From Octopus bimaculoides (Eukaryota): 64,000 nucleotides of DNA. The stretch covers positions 36,161,256-36,225,255 of the forward strand of contig NC_068999.1 in assembly GCF_001194135.2 (NCBI RefSeq), given 5' to 3'. Positions 39,340 through 52,375 of this stretch are shown piece by piece. Below the pieces are notes generated by a model. That model saw only the letters and a program-made list of their open reading frames with translations. It was not told where the DNA came from and searched no databases. Numbering within the stretch: position 1 is the first letter of the stretch; each line of letters starts with the position of its first letter. Position numbers and translations under genes: made by a program.

Positions 39340-39488
39340 TGTGTTTCGCTGTTTCTTATCTTATCGACCTCGAAAAGAAGAAAGGCAAAGTCGACCTCGA
39401 TGGAATTTGAACTCAGAACGTAAAGACAGGCGAAATGCAGTCAAGTATTTAGCCCGGCGTGATAACGATTCTGCCAGCTTGCTGCCTT
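39340..39488 (-). mobile_element. SINE family E
   Basis: 'ttatcgacctcgaaa..aggcaaagtcgacctcg..ggaatttgaactcagaacgtaaagac..ctgccagc'. Confidence 0.85.
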
Positions 39489-39529
39489 AATAATAATAAT
39501 AACAATAATAACAGCAACAAGAATAATAA

Positions 39530-42500
39530 TGATGCAACAGAAAGTTGAAACTTTCAGATGTCAAAAAATAATAGTGTTGATGACGATTGTGATGAACGTT
39601 ACCTTACATCAGTTTATGAGAGACATGAATTTCCGCAGAAACTCTGGATGTAACAGCGAAAATGAAGCTGGACCGTTAAGAGAACACCTCTTCTTCGGCA
39701 GTGCAAGACTGACCACAGCTGTTATCATAATACAATATCAGCAGGTAATAGAGCAAGGAGGAGCGAGTGGATCAGCGAAGATAACATGATAGTGAAGCAG
39801 TTCTACTTAGAAAGTGAACCTAAAAGAAGTGGCGTAAAAAACGGATGTTGACACTTTGGGTAGAGAAGCGTGTATTTAAAGTGACTGAGCAGAGATTAGT
39901 TGATCAAGCTAATGCTATTACGTGAAGAAAATGGATGACAGAATTGGAGGTAGAAGACATCACATGAGAACTGGAAAAGAAAGATCAAGCAGCAGGAAAG
40001 CCAAACAACATAAGAGATACAGATCAAACGAAAGAAGAATCTAAAGGAACAAATAATAATAGCGCTACCAAAAAGGAAGGTACAACCAGCACCAGTGACT
40101 TAAGTGATGTAAGTGAGGAAGATCAGAAGATTTTAAATGAGTTCCAGGAAGTAATGAGTAAAGAAGTTAGAAAGAGATTGCCAGCATTAAAAGGTACCAA
40201 AAGAAGGAAGCTGCTAGAAATTACTAGGAATGTAGATTCTTTTATCAGTAGGATAGATACTAAAAATATGAGACACTAATTTATTGATCTATGGAGGAGG
40301 GTTAGTAGTCGCCAGAAGATTAGATACCTCACAGGGAAATATTAAAAAATGAGCAAATATGAAAGGTGACTACAAAATAAAGTGAAGACTTTAAGACAAG
40401 ATCTCAGTAAAATAGAAGACTGGAAAACAAACAAGTTAGGAAACGATGCAAATCTTCCCTCGAGCAAAGATACTAAGTCAAAGAGAAACGATTTTGGACA
40501 GTAATAGAAGAGTTGAAACAGCGTATCATAGTAGTATCAAGCAAGCTCTCCAAATATCAGAAAAGAATAGATCATTATCAACAGAATAGATTATTTGAGA
40601 TAGATCAGAGGAGATTTTATAACCAAATATATAGTGGAGAACGAAGTACTGAAGATGAGAAACCTAATGCAGAAGATGCTAGAAGGTTCTCGAGTAATAT
40701 TTGGGTTAAGCCAGTCAATCATAATGGAGATGCAATATGGGTAAAGAAAGTTGGGGAATCTAAGATTAACTAGTGCATTAATGAGTAAAGTGTTAGGTAA
40801 AATGCCGAATTTGAAGGATCTAGGACCAAATTTAGCTCACTGTACTTTCTTTAGAGTGCTGGCTAACGAAATTTAGTAGTTTACATGGGAGGCTGAAGGA
40901 ACAACTTCACGATTTCCTTAATGGAGAATTAATACCAGATTGGATGATTGAGAGAAGACAATGCTCATCACGAAAGATAAGAGCAACGGTAATACAGCTG
41001 GTAACTATAAACCAATCACTTGCTTACCATTAGTGTGGAATCTGTTAACAGGAATGCCTTCAGAAAGCATTTATGAGCATCTCGACAACCAGAATTTTCT
41101 GCCAGATGAACAGAAAGGTAGCTGGAAGAAGACTAGATGAGCACATGATCTATTATACATAGACCATGCAATTCTACAGGAAGTAAAAGCTAGAAAGAAA
41201 AATCTAACAATAGCATGGATAGATTATAAGAAAACCTATGACACGATCCCACACTCGTGGACAAGTGAATGATTGAGTATATTCAGTATAGTAGACAACA
41301 TAAGAGAATTAATTAGCTTTAGCATGAAAAAATGGAATGTAGATCTATACTCAGGTGACTCACTCTTAGGGAAAGTTAATGTCAAAAGAGGAATTTTCGA
41401 AGGAGACTCGTTGTCCCCTTTAACATTTGTCTTATGTTTGATACCCCTCAGTTTAGTATTAAGGAAAGCATAGATAGGGTATCAATTTAGAAATAGTAAG
41501 GGAAAAATTAACCATTTGCTCTACATGGATGATCTGAAGCTTTTTAGTTAGAATGAAAAAGAGATAAATTCCTTAATACAGACTGTAATACTCTTCAGCA
41601 AAGATACAGGCATGGAATTTGGCATAAATGAGAGTGCAATATTAGTCATATGAAGGGGATAGGTAGTTAACAGCGATGGCATCCAATTACCAGATGGCCA
41701 GGCATTAAAATCATTGAAAGGAGGAGAAAGTTATGAGTATCTAGGAGTTTTAGAATATGACAGGGTACTAACTATAGAAATGAAAACGAAAATTGAGAAG
41801 GAGTACATCAGAAGGGTGAGGAAACTAATGAAGTCAAAGCTAAATGGTCCGAATCTAGGGAAGACTGTAAATCCTTGGGCAGTATCATTACTTAAATACT
41901 CAGCAGCTTTTGTAGATTAGACAAAATCTGAATTAGCAAAGCTAGACAGAAGAACTAGGAAGGAATTGAATATAAATGGAGGACTCTACCCAAAGGCAGG
42001 AGTAGCAACATTATACATACCAGGATAGGCAGTCAGAAGTGGGTTAATATCAGTAGAAGACTGTGTGGAGGTAGCTAGAGTAGATACTCTTATGTAGGTA
42101 ATAGTGAAGAAAGTTTATTAAAAGCTACTAGAGTCACAGCAAGACATAGGGAAACCAAAAACCCAAACGAAGTTATAAACCAGAAAAAAGAATAGAAACG
42201 TTCTGACTGGCACGAGAAGGAGTTACACGGTAGATTCGCAAAGACAGTTGCAGCAAATAGTAGTTGTGAGACATGGTTATGGTTGCAGATGAGAAAGCTG
42301 AAGAGGGAGACAGAAGTGTGTTAGTAACTGTACAAGATCAAGCATTATGGACTAATTGGATAAAATCCAAGATAGACAAAACCCAAGTAGATTCAAGGCG
42401 TAGAGTATGCAAATCAAAAGACGAAAGCGTTACTGACATAGTAAGTGTATGTAGCATGATGGCACAGAAACAATACAAGAAAAGACATGACAATCTAGGG

Positions 42501-42665
42501 AGAGTAATCCACTGGGAGCTACGTAGAAATCTCGGATTTGAACATACTGATAAATGGTATAAACATAAACCTAGTAAAGTACGAGAAAGTAAGAAAGATA
42601 AGATGCTGTGGAACTTCAACATTCAGACTGAGAGAGTAATAGAATCTAGAAGGCTTGATAGTGGA

Positions 42666-42714
<49 letters not shown>

Positions 42715-42715
42715 A

Positions 42716-42775
<60 letters not shown>

Positions 42776-43150
42776 ATAGTTGCAGATATTTAACTTTACA
42801 GTCCCAAATGATGAAAAGATTTGATATGAGACGTATAGAAAAAATAGCAAAGTACCAGGACCTATCTATTAAGTTACAGAGATTATGGAAAGTGCGCGTA
42901 AAATGTATCTCCGTAGTTATAAGTGCACAGGGAACTACCCCTAAAGTTCTGAACAGAGGAAAGAGGCATAAAACCCAGTTTAGTACAGCTCCAGAAAACT
43001 GTGTTATTAGGGACAGGTATGATAATTAGGAGGGTTCTTGGCATGTAAAGTTACTTGTTAGCCCGATAGGTGGGTTCTTGGCATCTAAGGTTACTTGTAG
43101 CCCGGTGTTAAGATTGTTTCATTACCAAAAGTCTAATCGGTTGAGTGCTT
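39530..43150 (+). mobile_element. near full-length degenerate R4/Dong-clade non-LTR retrotransposon (RT plus RLE)
   Basis: N-terminal 'RMLTLW..TEQRLVDQ'; RT motifs 'GNYKPITCLP', 'WIDYKKTYD', 'RGIFEGDSLSPL', 'INHLLYMDDLKLF', 'YEYLGVLE'; 'RVCKSKDESVTDIVSVCS..RHDNLGRVIHWEL'; 'EKIAKYQDL..LQRLWKVRVKCISVVISAQG'. Many stops and frameshifts. Confidence 0.92.
42661..42776. repeat. (GTA)n microsatellite inside the Dong-type element's endonuclease region
   Basis: Direct reading. Confidence 0.95.
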
Positions 43151-43168
43151 ATGAAAATAATTATAATA

Positions 43169-43204
<36 letters not shown>

Positions 43205-43909
43205 GTAATAATAATAATAATAATAATAATCACAAATTCAATGACATCACCATCAGTATCATGACATCTTCATCATGATAACTTCATCGTTCTTTATACA
43301 TATCAATATGATCATAAAAATCATCTTCATCAACATTAGCAATAACAAGAACAACAACGTGAATAACAAAGCAATATTAACAACAAAAACATAGAAAAAG
43401 GAACTATTCCCCCAGTGATATTGGCTTTCTTTACCGGAAACTATGATGTGACAGAATCACGTGACAGATCCACTGGTGAAGCAATAAGAAAAATGTAAAT
43501 CATAAAAAGTTATAAATCGAATCCATGAAAAATAACTTCGATTTAATTTCATTTATTTTTTTTAATGTTTTGTTTGTTTGTTTGTTTTTTTTTGTGTGCG
43601 TGTTTTTCGGAGCGATGGGGAGGGGAGCCGGTTACAATAAATACTGTCATGGAGTTTGTTGCAACATTCCTATTCCATCAACAATAGGAAACAGAATGAG
43701 ATTTCATTGCATGTTTGATTAAAACAAAAAGAATCAAACATAGAAGCAAAAGTTTTAATACTGAAAAAACAAAACCAACAAAAAACAAACCAGAAGAAAA
43801 GGAAGATATGCTTGGGAAGAAGCGAAAGGAAAACATGCCAGCCTGCCAAATGTTTACATTCTTGTAATTTTACAGAACAACAAAAAAATTCAAGATGAAA
43901 AAATAGATG

Positions 43910-43912
43910 AGA

Positions 43913-43972
<60 letters not shown>

Positions 43973-44113
43973 AAGAAGAAGAAGAAGAAGAAGAAGATGA
44001 AGAAGAAGAAGAAGAAGAAGAAGAAGAAGAAGAAGAAGAAGAAGAAGAAGAAGAAGAAGAAGAAGAAGAAGATGGTGTTAGTGATGATGATGAGGGAAGA
44101 AGAAGAAGAAGAA

Positions 44114-44144
<31 letters not shown>

Positions 44145-44152
44145 AAGAAGAG
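43910..44152. repeat. compound (AAT)n-(GAA)n-(GAT)n-(GAA)n microsatellite
   Basis: Direct reading. Confidence 0.95.
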
Positions 44153-44549
44153 AATGATTCATAAGGCAGGTATTACTGTGTGATTAAAAATCTTGCAACC
44201 ACATGGTTTCTGGTTTAGTCACATGACATGGCACTTTACTGAAGGGTTTTCTACCATAACCCCGCACCGACTCTTTCTCGGAGGGGACCTTTCTAGGGGC
44301 AATCTTATGTTATTTCATGACGAAGGGAGTCTTTGCGTTTACACACACACACACACACACACATACATGTCCGGCATTCGCCTCGATAGATGGCTAGCCA
44401 CTAAACCTTTTTTCTATTTCTCGCCCGGTTTATTTCTGTGTTCCTTTCTGTCGAAGACTTTCTCACCTTCCGGCCATTCAACTAATATATCTGTTTATTG
44501 TTTACTCACCCGTCTTCGTCTTTTTTTTTTTGTAAATCCTTACTATATG

Positions 44550-44585
<36 letters not shown>

Positions 44586-45134
44586 NNNNNNNNNNNNNNN
44601 NNNNNNNNNNNNNNNNNNNNNNNNNNNNNNNNNNNNNNNNNNNNNNNNNNNNNNNNNNNNNNNNNNNNNNNNNNNNNNNNNNNNNNNNNNNNNNNNNNNN
44701 NNNNNNNNNNNNNNNNNNNNNNNNNNNNNNNNNNNNNNNNNNNNNNNNNNNNNNNNNNNNNNNNNNNNNNNNNNNNNNNNNNNNNNNNNNNNNNNNNNNN
44801 NNNNNNNNNNNNNNNNNNNNNNNNNNNNNNNNNNNNNNNNNNNNNNNNNNNNNNNNNNNNNNNNNNNNNNNNNNNNNNNNNNNNNNNNNNNNNNNNNNNN
44901 NNNNNNNNNNNNNNNNNNNNNNNNNNNNNNNNNNNNNNNNNNNNNNNNNNNNNNNNNNNNNNNNNNNNNNNNNNNNNNNNNNNNNNNNNNNNNNNNNNNN
45001 NNNNNNNNNNNNNNNNNNNNNNNNNNNNNNNNNNNNNNNNNNNNNNNNNNNNNNNNNNNNNNNNNNNNNNNNNNNNNNNNNNNNNNNNNNNNNNNNNNNN
45101 NNNNNNNNNNNNNNNNNNNNNNNNNNNNNNNNNN

Positions 45135-45217
<83 letters not shown>

Positions 45218-45554
45218 ACAACAATAATGATAATAATGGTAACCTCAACAAAACAACCCACAAACACAAGATACACTTTATATAGCAATTATCCTGTGAA
45301 ATAAACATCCACCACTAAGACAAAGTTACCAACGCATTACACTCTCAACAAATACAAGCAGTAATGCAACAAAAGACTGCACCACACCTCAAGAAAAAAA
45401 AACACTCACGCAAAACAGTACCGGGAAGAGTTTGCGCACTCCAAACAATAGAAGAAAGAACACACAATGCTGTTCACACCGCAGCAACACTGAAGTGTAG
45501 CAGATAATGCAGCAGAAATTTGTCTCAAACTACCAAACGTTGAATAATAATAAC

Positions 45555-45609
<55 letters not shown>

Positions 45610-46109
45610 GCAACAATTTTTGGATGAAATTTATAAAACATTTAATGCCTCTGCAAATCTCATGTCTCCTAAGATCACACTCTGTAGTCAATCCCGATGC
45701 AACCCCGAAAACCTGGTTCACCAGTCAGCATCATAGAAGGAGCTTTATTTGCACATTCAAAACGTTTCCGATAAACAAATTTAAAAGATATATGTGTGTG
45801 TATGTGGTTATATGTATGTATGAATATATGTATGCATGTATGTATGTATGTATGTACGTATATATGTATGCTTGTATGTATGTATGTATGTATGTATGAA
45901 TTCAAATATGAATGACAAGCCGCGCTATTATTGTAAACATTATTGACCATCAACTACAAACCAAACGAACACCGCGAAATTTCTAACGTAGATCCAGTAA
46001 AACTTATACTGTAACTGTGGATGACATTAGGTAACCCAAAAGTTGAATGCGCTTTAATCGGTATATTAATAGACATATTCCTAAAGTCCAAAATTAGCAT
46101 CTCTCCCTC

Positions 46110-46702
46110 GACTGCGCCTCACACATAATAATCAAGGGTGTTGAAGTCTGGGGAGTTAGGTGGCCAGATGTTAGGTGTCATGTGTCCCACATAAATTGTC
46201 TGACAGCCATGACTGTGTTCTCCTGCTTGTGTGGCATTGTGTAGAGTCTTTACCAGACATAGGTTCTTCCAGTAGCCACCCTCTTCCCCCAGAGCAGCAC
46301 TAACTCTTTCGGGCACTTAATGTAGGTCTACCGTATGGAAAGATGAATAGAGGCATAACGTCGCCATCACTAGTGAGCACTCCAAACACCATGATGTTCA
46401 CTGAATGTTTGATTTTTATCACTCTCGGTACATGTTTTGGTGACACAGAAAGCCCATGGTTGCTCTCTGTGTTCCCCATCTGATACTGGCAGAAATGTTT
46501 TCGCCTGAGAAAAACCAAAGTATTTTCGGTTGGAGGGGATGCTTGAATTTCTTCAAAAGCTTCGTAGCGCAGTTTTTCCTCTTGTCCTTGTTGGCTTGAG
46601 ATAAAAAGTGGCCTTTTCTGATCTTGTATGAGGAATACCGAATGTTTTCATGCACTACCTGCTTGATGAGGAACTCAGACACTCAAATGTCCCTGGCTAT
46701 GT
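46110..46702 (-). pseudogene. Tc1/mariner transposase relic, probably maT (DD37D, Bmmar1-like)
   Basis: 'SEFLIKQVVHENIRY..KHPLQPKILWFFS', 'VNIMVFGVLTSDGDVMPLFIFP', 'IWPPNSPDFNTLDYYV'; frameshifted. Confidence 0.85.
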
Positions 46703-46814
46703 ACCAATGGAACACTGGGGTCGATGTAATCGACGATTCCCCTTCTCCAACATTTCAGGCCTTGTGCTTTTAGTAGAAAGGATTATTTTGAGACATAACA
46801 GCCTGGTGTGTTTG

Positions 46815-46990
46815 CAGAATTGCTAGCACACCGGGAAGATGCTTAGCGGCATTTCGTCCGTCATTACGTTATGAGTTAAATTCCACTGCGATTGACTTTA
46901 CATGTCATCCTTTCTGATTCGGTAAAACGAGTAGCAGTTGAACAACCGAGTCGATCTAATCGACTTACCCCTCCCACGAAACTGCTTGCC
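46815..46990 (+). mobile_element. SINE family E (an extra tail fragment sits at 46703-46765)
   Basis: 'ctagcacaccggg..atgcttagcggcatttcgtccgtc...gtcgatctaatcgacttaccc'. Confidence 0.7.
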
Positions 46991-47864
46991 ATACGACAAA
47001 ATGTTAAACCATTATTTTTAGTTATATTCGTTCTGTAACGTTCTTTTTTCTTGTTTTTTTTTTTCCAAACCTAAAGATGTTTGCTTTTATGCGAGATCGG
47101 AACAGTCGCATTCCAATGGCTGAAACAAGAAGGAAACAAAAATGATATCTGCACTACCCTTTAAGAATCTCATGGCAACAGCGATGGCCACAGTCGACCG
47201 ATTGAAGCCATCAAAAAAGTAAAAGGGAAAATGATAAAAATGAATGAGGTTCTCTCGGTTTTTGCTAATTCAAGTGACTTTAAATTGCCATGCATATTGA
47301 TTCTCAGACAAAAATTAATCATTCTGCCGCTGAAAGGGTTAACGACTAAAGTACATGAGAAATCGAAATACGAAACTATGGAGAAAAAAAAAGCCAACAG
47401 CAATCAACGTGAGTTGACGATAAAGTTAAAAACAACGAGGACATATAATACAAACAACACAATATAACAATAAACGAACAGATAAATGAGTTACCAGCAA
47501 CGAAAAGTGATTTATTTGCCAAGACCTGCGCTCTAATTATCTTTTGATATTTTTTATTTAACTTTTGCGCGTTGTCCACAATCGATTATAATTATACATG
47601 TACACTGACGCACACTGACACACTCACACACATTCATACACTCACTCACATAGAAACAAATGTGTGTGAGTGTGGGGTGCGTGTATATATGTGCCAAATT
47701 ATATATATATATATATATATACTAAAAGAAATGTATTTTCACATCTATCTTATACATATGTACATGTGTGCATATATACGTTCAAACATACAAACATATA
47801 TATATATGCGCACATACCATTCACACATATATACATCGATATGAAATAAATATATATACATGTA

Positions 47865-47911
<47 letters not shown>

Positions 47912-48204
47912 ACAGGTATCTGATTGCGTGTGTGTGTGCGTATGAATATATTTGCCAGAGTGGTTGCTTGCCTGTGTATGAAAGAGTGTATGTGAAAGTA
48001 TGTAGTTTTGCTGCATCTCGACTATATAAATCTAAATTTTTAATTCGTTTTACACATGACTTACTCAATGAATACGTCCATTTATACGGAAATACTCAAA
48101 GAACATGCCTCTTCCCTGTCGTCATTTATTCTTCTTTTTCATCTTCTTCTTCTTCTTCTTCTTCTTCTTCTTCTTCTTCTTCTTCTTCTTCTTCTTCTTC
48201 TTCT

Positions 48205-48236
<32 letters not shown>

Positions 48237-49037
48237 CACTAAGTGAGGGAGGAATAACCTTATGTGAGCACAGTAGTGCATGAATGCTTCATTTTATGTC
48301 TCCTCGTGATTTTTTTCATTATGCATGTATAGAAACCTCATTTGCTCTCTCTGCCCCCTCTCTCTCTCTATTTCTCTGAATACATACACACACACACACA
48401 TATATATATACACACATATATATACATATATATACATATNNNNNNNNNNNNNNNNNNNNNNNNNNNNNNNNNNNNNNNNNNNNNNNNNNNNNNNNNNNNN
48501 NNNNNNNNNNNNNNNNNNNNNNNNNNNNNNNNNNNNNNNNNNNNNNNNNNNNNNNNNNNNNNNNNNNNNNNNNNNNNNNNNNNNNNNNNNNNNNNNNNNN
48601 NNNNNNNNNNNNNNNNNNNNNNNNNNNNNNNNNNNNNNNNNNNNNNNNNNNNNNNNNNNNNNNNNNNNNNNNNNNNNNNNNNNNNNNNNNNNNNNNNNNN
48701 NNNNNNNNNNNNNNNNNNNNNNNNNNNNNNNNNNNNNNNNNNNNNNNNNNNNNNNNNNNNNNNNNNNNNNNNNNNNNNNNNNNNNNNNNNNNNNNNNNNN
48801 NNNNNNNNNNNNNNNNNNNNNNNNNNNNNNNNNNNNNNNNNNNNNNNNNNNNNNNNNNNNNNNNNNNNNNNNNNNNNNNNNNNNNNNNNNNNNNNNNNNN
48901 NNNNNNNNNNNNNNNNNNNNNNNNNNNNNNNNNNNNNNNNNNNNNNNNNNNNNNNNNNNNNNNNNNNNNNNNNNNNNNNNNNNNNNNNNNNNNNNNNNNN
49001 NNNNNNNNNNNNNNNNNNNNNNNNNNNNNNNNNNNNN

Positions 49038-49073
<36 letters not shown>

Positions 49074-50154
49074 TTGTTTTTCTGTATGTGCGTCTGCGTC
49101 GCGCGCGTGTGTGTGTATATGCATACAGATTAATATGTATGTATCTGTTATGTTCGTATGTGCATATACATGTATGTGCATAGAGAGATACACACGTGTC
49201 TAGTATGTATATGTTTTCTAATCATTTTCTGAGTTAATTATCCACAAAGATGTGTGTTCAGACATACGATAGACGTAGCCAATTATATTGGTGTATGCTG
49301 TTTGTTGTCATTAATTGGACTTTTTACACTGTCGTCGTAACATAAAAGCAACATTAATTACAGAAAACGCGTCCCTGTTTTATTTTTCGAAATTAATGGC
49401 AAGATCTAGTCATTAAGGGGACATGGAGATTAACTGCGAAGTTTAATTATGTCTATGTAATTGCAGGTTAGAAGGCGACACTTTTGTGTGAAATTGCAAT
49501 TGGTAGATTCCACAATGAGACTGCTATCTTGCGGCTTCGTACCAAACATTTCGGTCTGTTTCAGTTTAAACATATAGAAGGAAAGTTAACGAGAGAGCCT
49601 CTGCACTACCGCGTAACCTGCGGAAAATATAAACCAAAATACTTCAAATCCTATTGTTCAGCTATTTAAGGGGACACCAATATTGGACAGTATTGTCCTA
49701 CATATATTGGCCCACATTTACGAAAATTTCAGATACTTAGAACTGATTTGAAGCAAACAGCAATGTATTCAAACGTCTCGTGAATATAACAGATTTTTTG
49801 AGTTTTGATTACCAAACATATCTAAATGCCACATAAAGCAGATATAGTTATGTTTTATTATAATTTTTAAATTCTCATTTTATTAATGCAAAATATTGTC
49901 TATTTGAAAGTAATCTCTCACGTTGTACAGAAATTTGTTTTCCGAATTTCGAGTCAACTATAAAGAATCTGTCTGACTGCTCGACTTGCTAAATCTAACA
50001 GTTAAATTTTTATCGAATCACTGCTATTGTCCTAAAAGTGAAGGAGCAACGTATTTCAAGCAGTGTTGGGGCACTCTGATGCCTACAAATTATATCTAGG
50101 TGAATTAAAGTATATCGAGGATTTTAAAAATATATACTTTTCTTATTTTTCGAC

Positions 50155-50375
50155 GTCCGTCAGTCATTGGATTGCAGCCATGCTGGAGTACCACTTTCAA
50201 GAGATTAATCGTTCAAATCACCCCCAGTATTTATATTTCTAAAAGTAAGGCACCTATTGCTTTGGTGAACCACTAAGTTACGGTGATGTAAACACTGATT
50301 ATCAAGCGGTTGTACGTGAAATCACAACGAATTGTGTACCTGCGCACACAATTCGTTGTGATTTCACTTATACAC

Positions 50376-50437
<62 letters not shown>

Positions 50438-50615
50438 GCAAACAGAGACACATACACACCACACAAACACCATACACACACACACATATATATCCGACGG
50501 GCTTCCACACAGTCTCCGTCTACCAAATTCACCCACAAGGCATTAGTTGGTTCGTGGCTACACACGAAGATGCTTGCCAAAGTTGCCGCACAGTGGGATT
50601 GAAACCGAAACCACT
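50155..50615 (-). mobile_element. SINE family D with expanded internal (CA)n
   Basis: Tail about 50155-50330, CA-rich tract about 50370-50490, head 50495-50615. Confidence 0.7.
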
Positions 50616-52177
50616 TTCGAACACCCATACTAACCCTTGAACATTTTGTACATTTTGTTCTTCCTTATTTTGCTGTGCATGTAAGAAGAAGAAGAAGAAT
50701 ACTGAATCTATGAGATTTATGATAAACAAAAGTTCTATTCTTCCCGTAAACAAAAAGGAAATACTATCGTTACTACGAACGACAACACCGAGAGTGTTTT
50801 GGATGATGTTGTTCTTGGTGTAGCTGTAGCAGCAGTTAACGTGTGGTTAACTGTCTGCCGTCCTACTGACTTTTAATGTCATTCGTCCTCCGACCGTTCA
50901 CTGCCTTTGTGTTGGTAGCTGCTTTCGCCATCTCTGTTGGCCATCGAGTATAGTGTCTGTCAATGCTCTCTCCACGTTCTCTATCGAGAAGTCAAGGTGT
51001 ACCGAATTTAAAATTGTGGTTAGGTTCAGAAAGAAGCGCACCAAAAGTTGAAATCGTCGCTGGAGACTATTCCACGTGAAGTTGTGATTGGTTAGTTTGT
51101 TTTTTTTTATATATAACGTGGGTAGAATTATAGCGAATCGCGACATCAGGTCGTGGCTGCTAAAGATTCCCACTACGTGCACAAATATGTGTATAACAAA
51201 AAAGCAATAGATTTTGTATATTGTTTTCTAATCGTTTAAATTTTAGAAGTTTTTTTTTTTTATTATCGATATTTGCCAATAATTTTATCATTTGATCTTC
51301 TGTGTGTCACTGTGTCAAGAAGACTGACGATCTTTTCGTCTAGAACGACTGTACTTCAGAAAAGTCAAATGAGGTGGACATGGCGGTTGAAACATCTTTG
51401 AGCATAGGTCTAATCAATCTGGCTGACCCTAAGCTAAACAGCAATTACAATTCATCGTTGTTTTGTTTCTTTTAACTTAGCTATTCATGTATTTTGATGT
51501 ATTTTAGTCAGAATTTTGGCTACCGTATGGAAAAAGATACATTACGCATGAGAAACCTTAAAGTAGATCAAATATATATCATAAAATAATGCAAACGCTT
51601 ATGGAATGAATACGCTAATTGGAGTTTAAATATGTTATTCTTGAAGTGAGATATGTATTCTATAAGACTTTATATTGTTTTATTATCAGCATGTATGTGC
51701 GTGTATATTATATATAAATGTGTTCAATCTTGCGCGCGCGAGTGAGTATACGTGGTGTGTTTGCAATGAATTGTATATATCAAAATGATATGCTACAGCC
51801 ATGAAGTTGTAGTAGTATGTGAGTTGTAGCAACTTGCACTCCACATATTTGATTTGGAATATACTTAATTGACCACCAACATGGACACGGCTGATCGTTA
51901 TCTCTTCAATCTGTAGCAGCCGTTTTGTTCGTGTGACAATGGCCAAAGAAACTATCGAAAGTTTTCTTGGAAAACAGTTTCTCACATATAAACTGTTTCC
52001 TTTCGAAGAGAAAGTGTTCGCCGATATTTTGTTTGCTACATAGATTCGAACCTTTTATGTTCGGCATTAAACATTTCCGTACTAGAATCGCTTCTGTAAA
52101 GAAAGATTATAAAAGCAATGGTGTGAAACAGACAATGACCTGTTCTAGATGTAGAATAATCTTTTCTACTATAGACA

Positions 52178-52375
52178 TAAGGCCTGAAATTTAGGGGAGG
52201 GGGACTAGTCGATTACATCGACCTCAGTGTTACACTGGTACTTAATTTATCAACCCCGAAAGGATAAAAGGCAAAGTCGACCTTCGCGGAATTTGAACTC
52301 AGAACGTAGTTGCAGACTCAATACCGCTAAGCATTTCTCTCGACGTGCTAACGATTCTGCCAGCTCGGTGCCTTA
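52178..52375 (-). mobile_element. SINE family E
   Basis: Well-preserved copy matching 8640-8805. Confidence 0.88.

Noticed and set aside
43032-43106. About 40-bp tandem duplication at the Dong element's 3' end
   Set aside because: Real, but an ordinary 3'-UTR duplication within the element.
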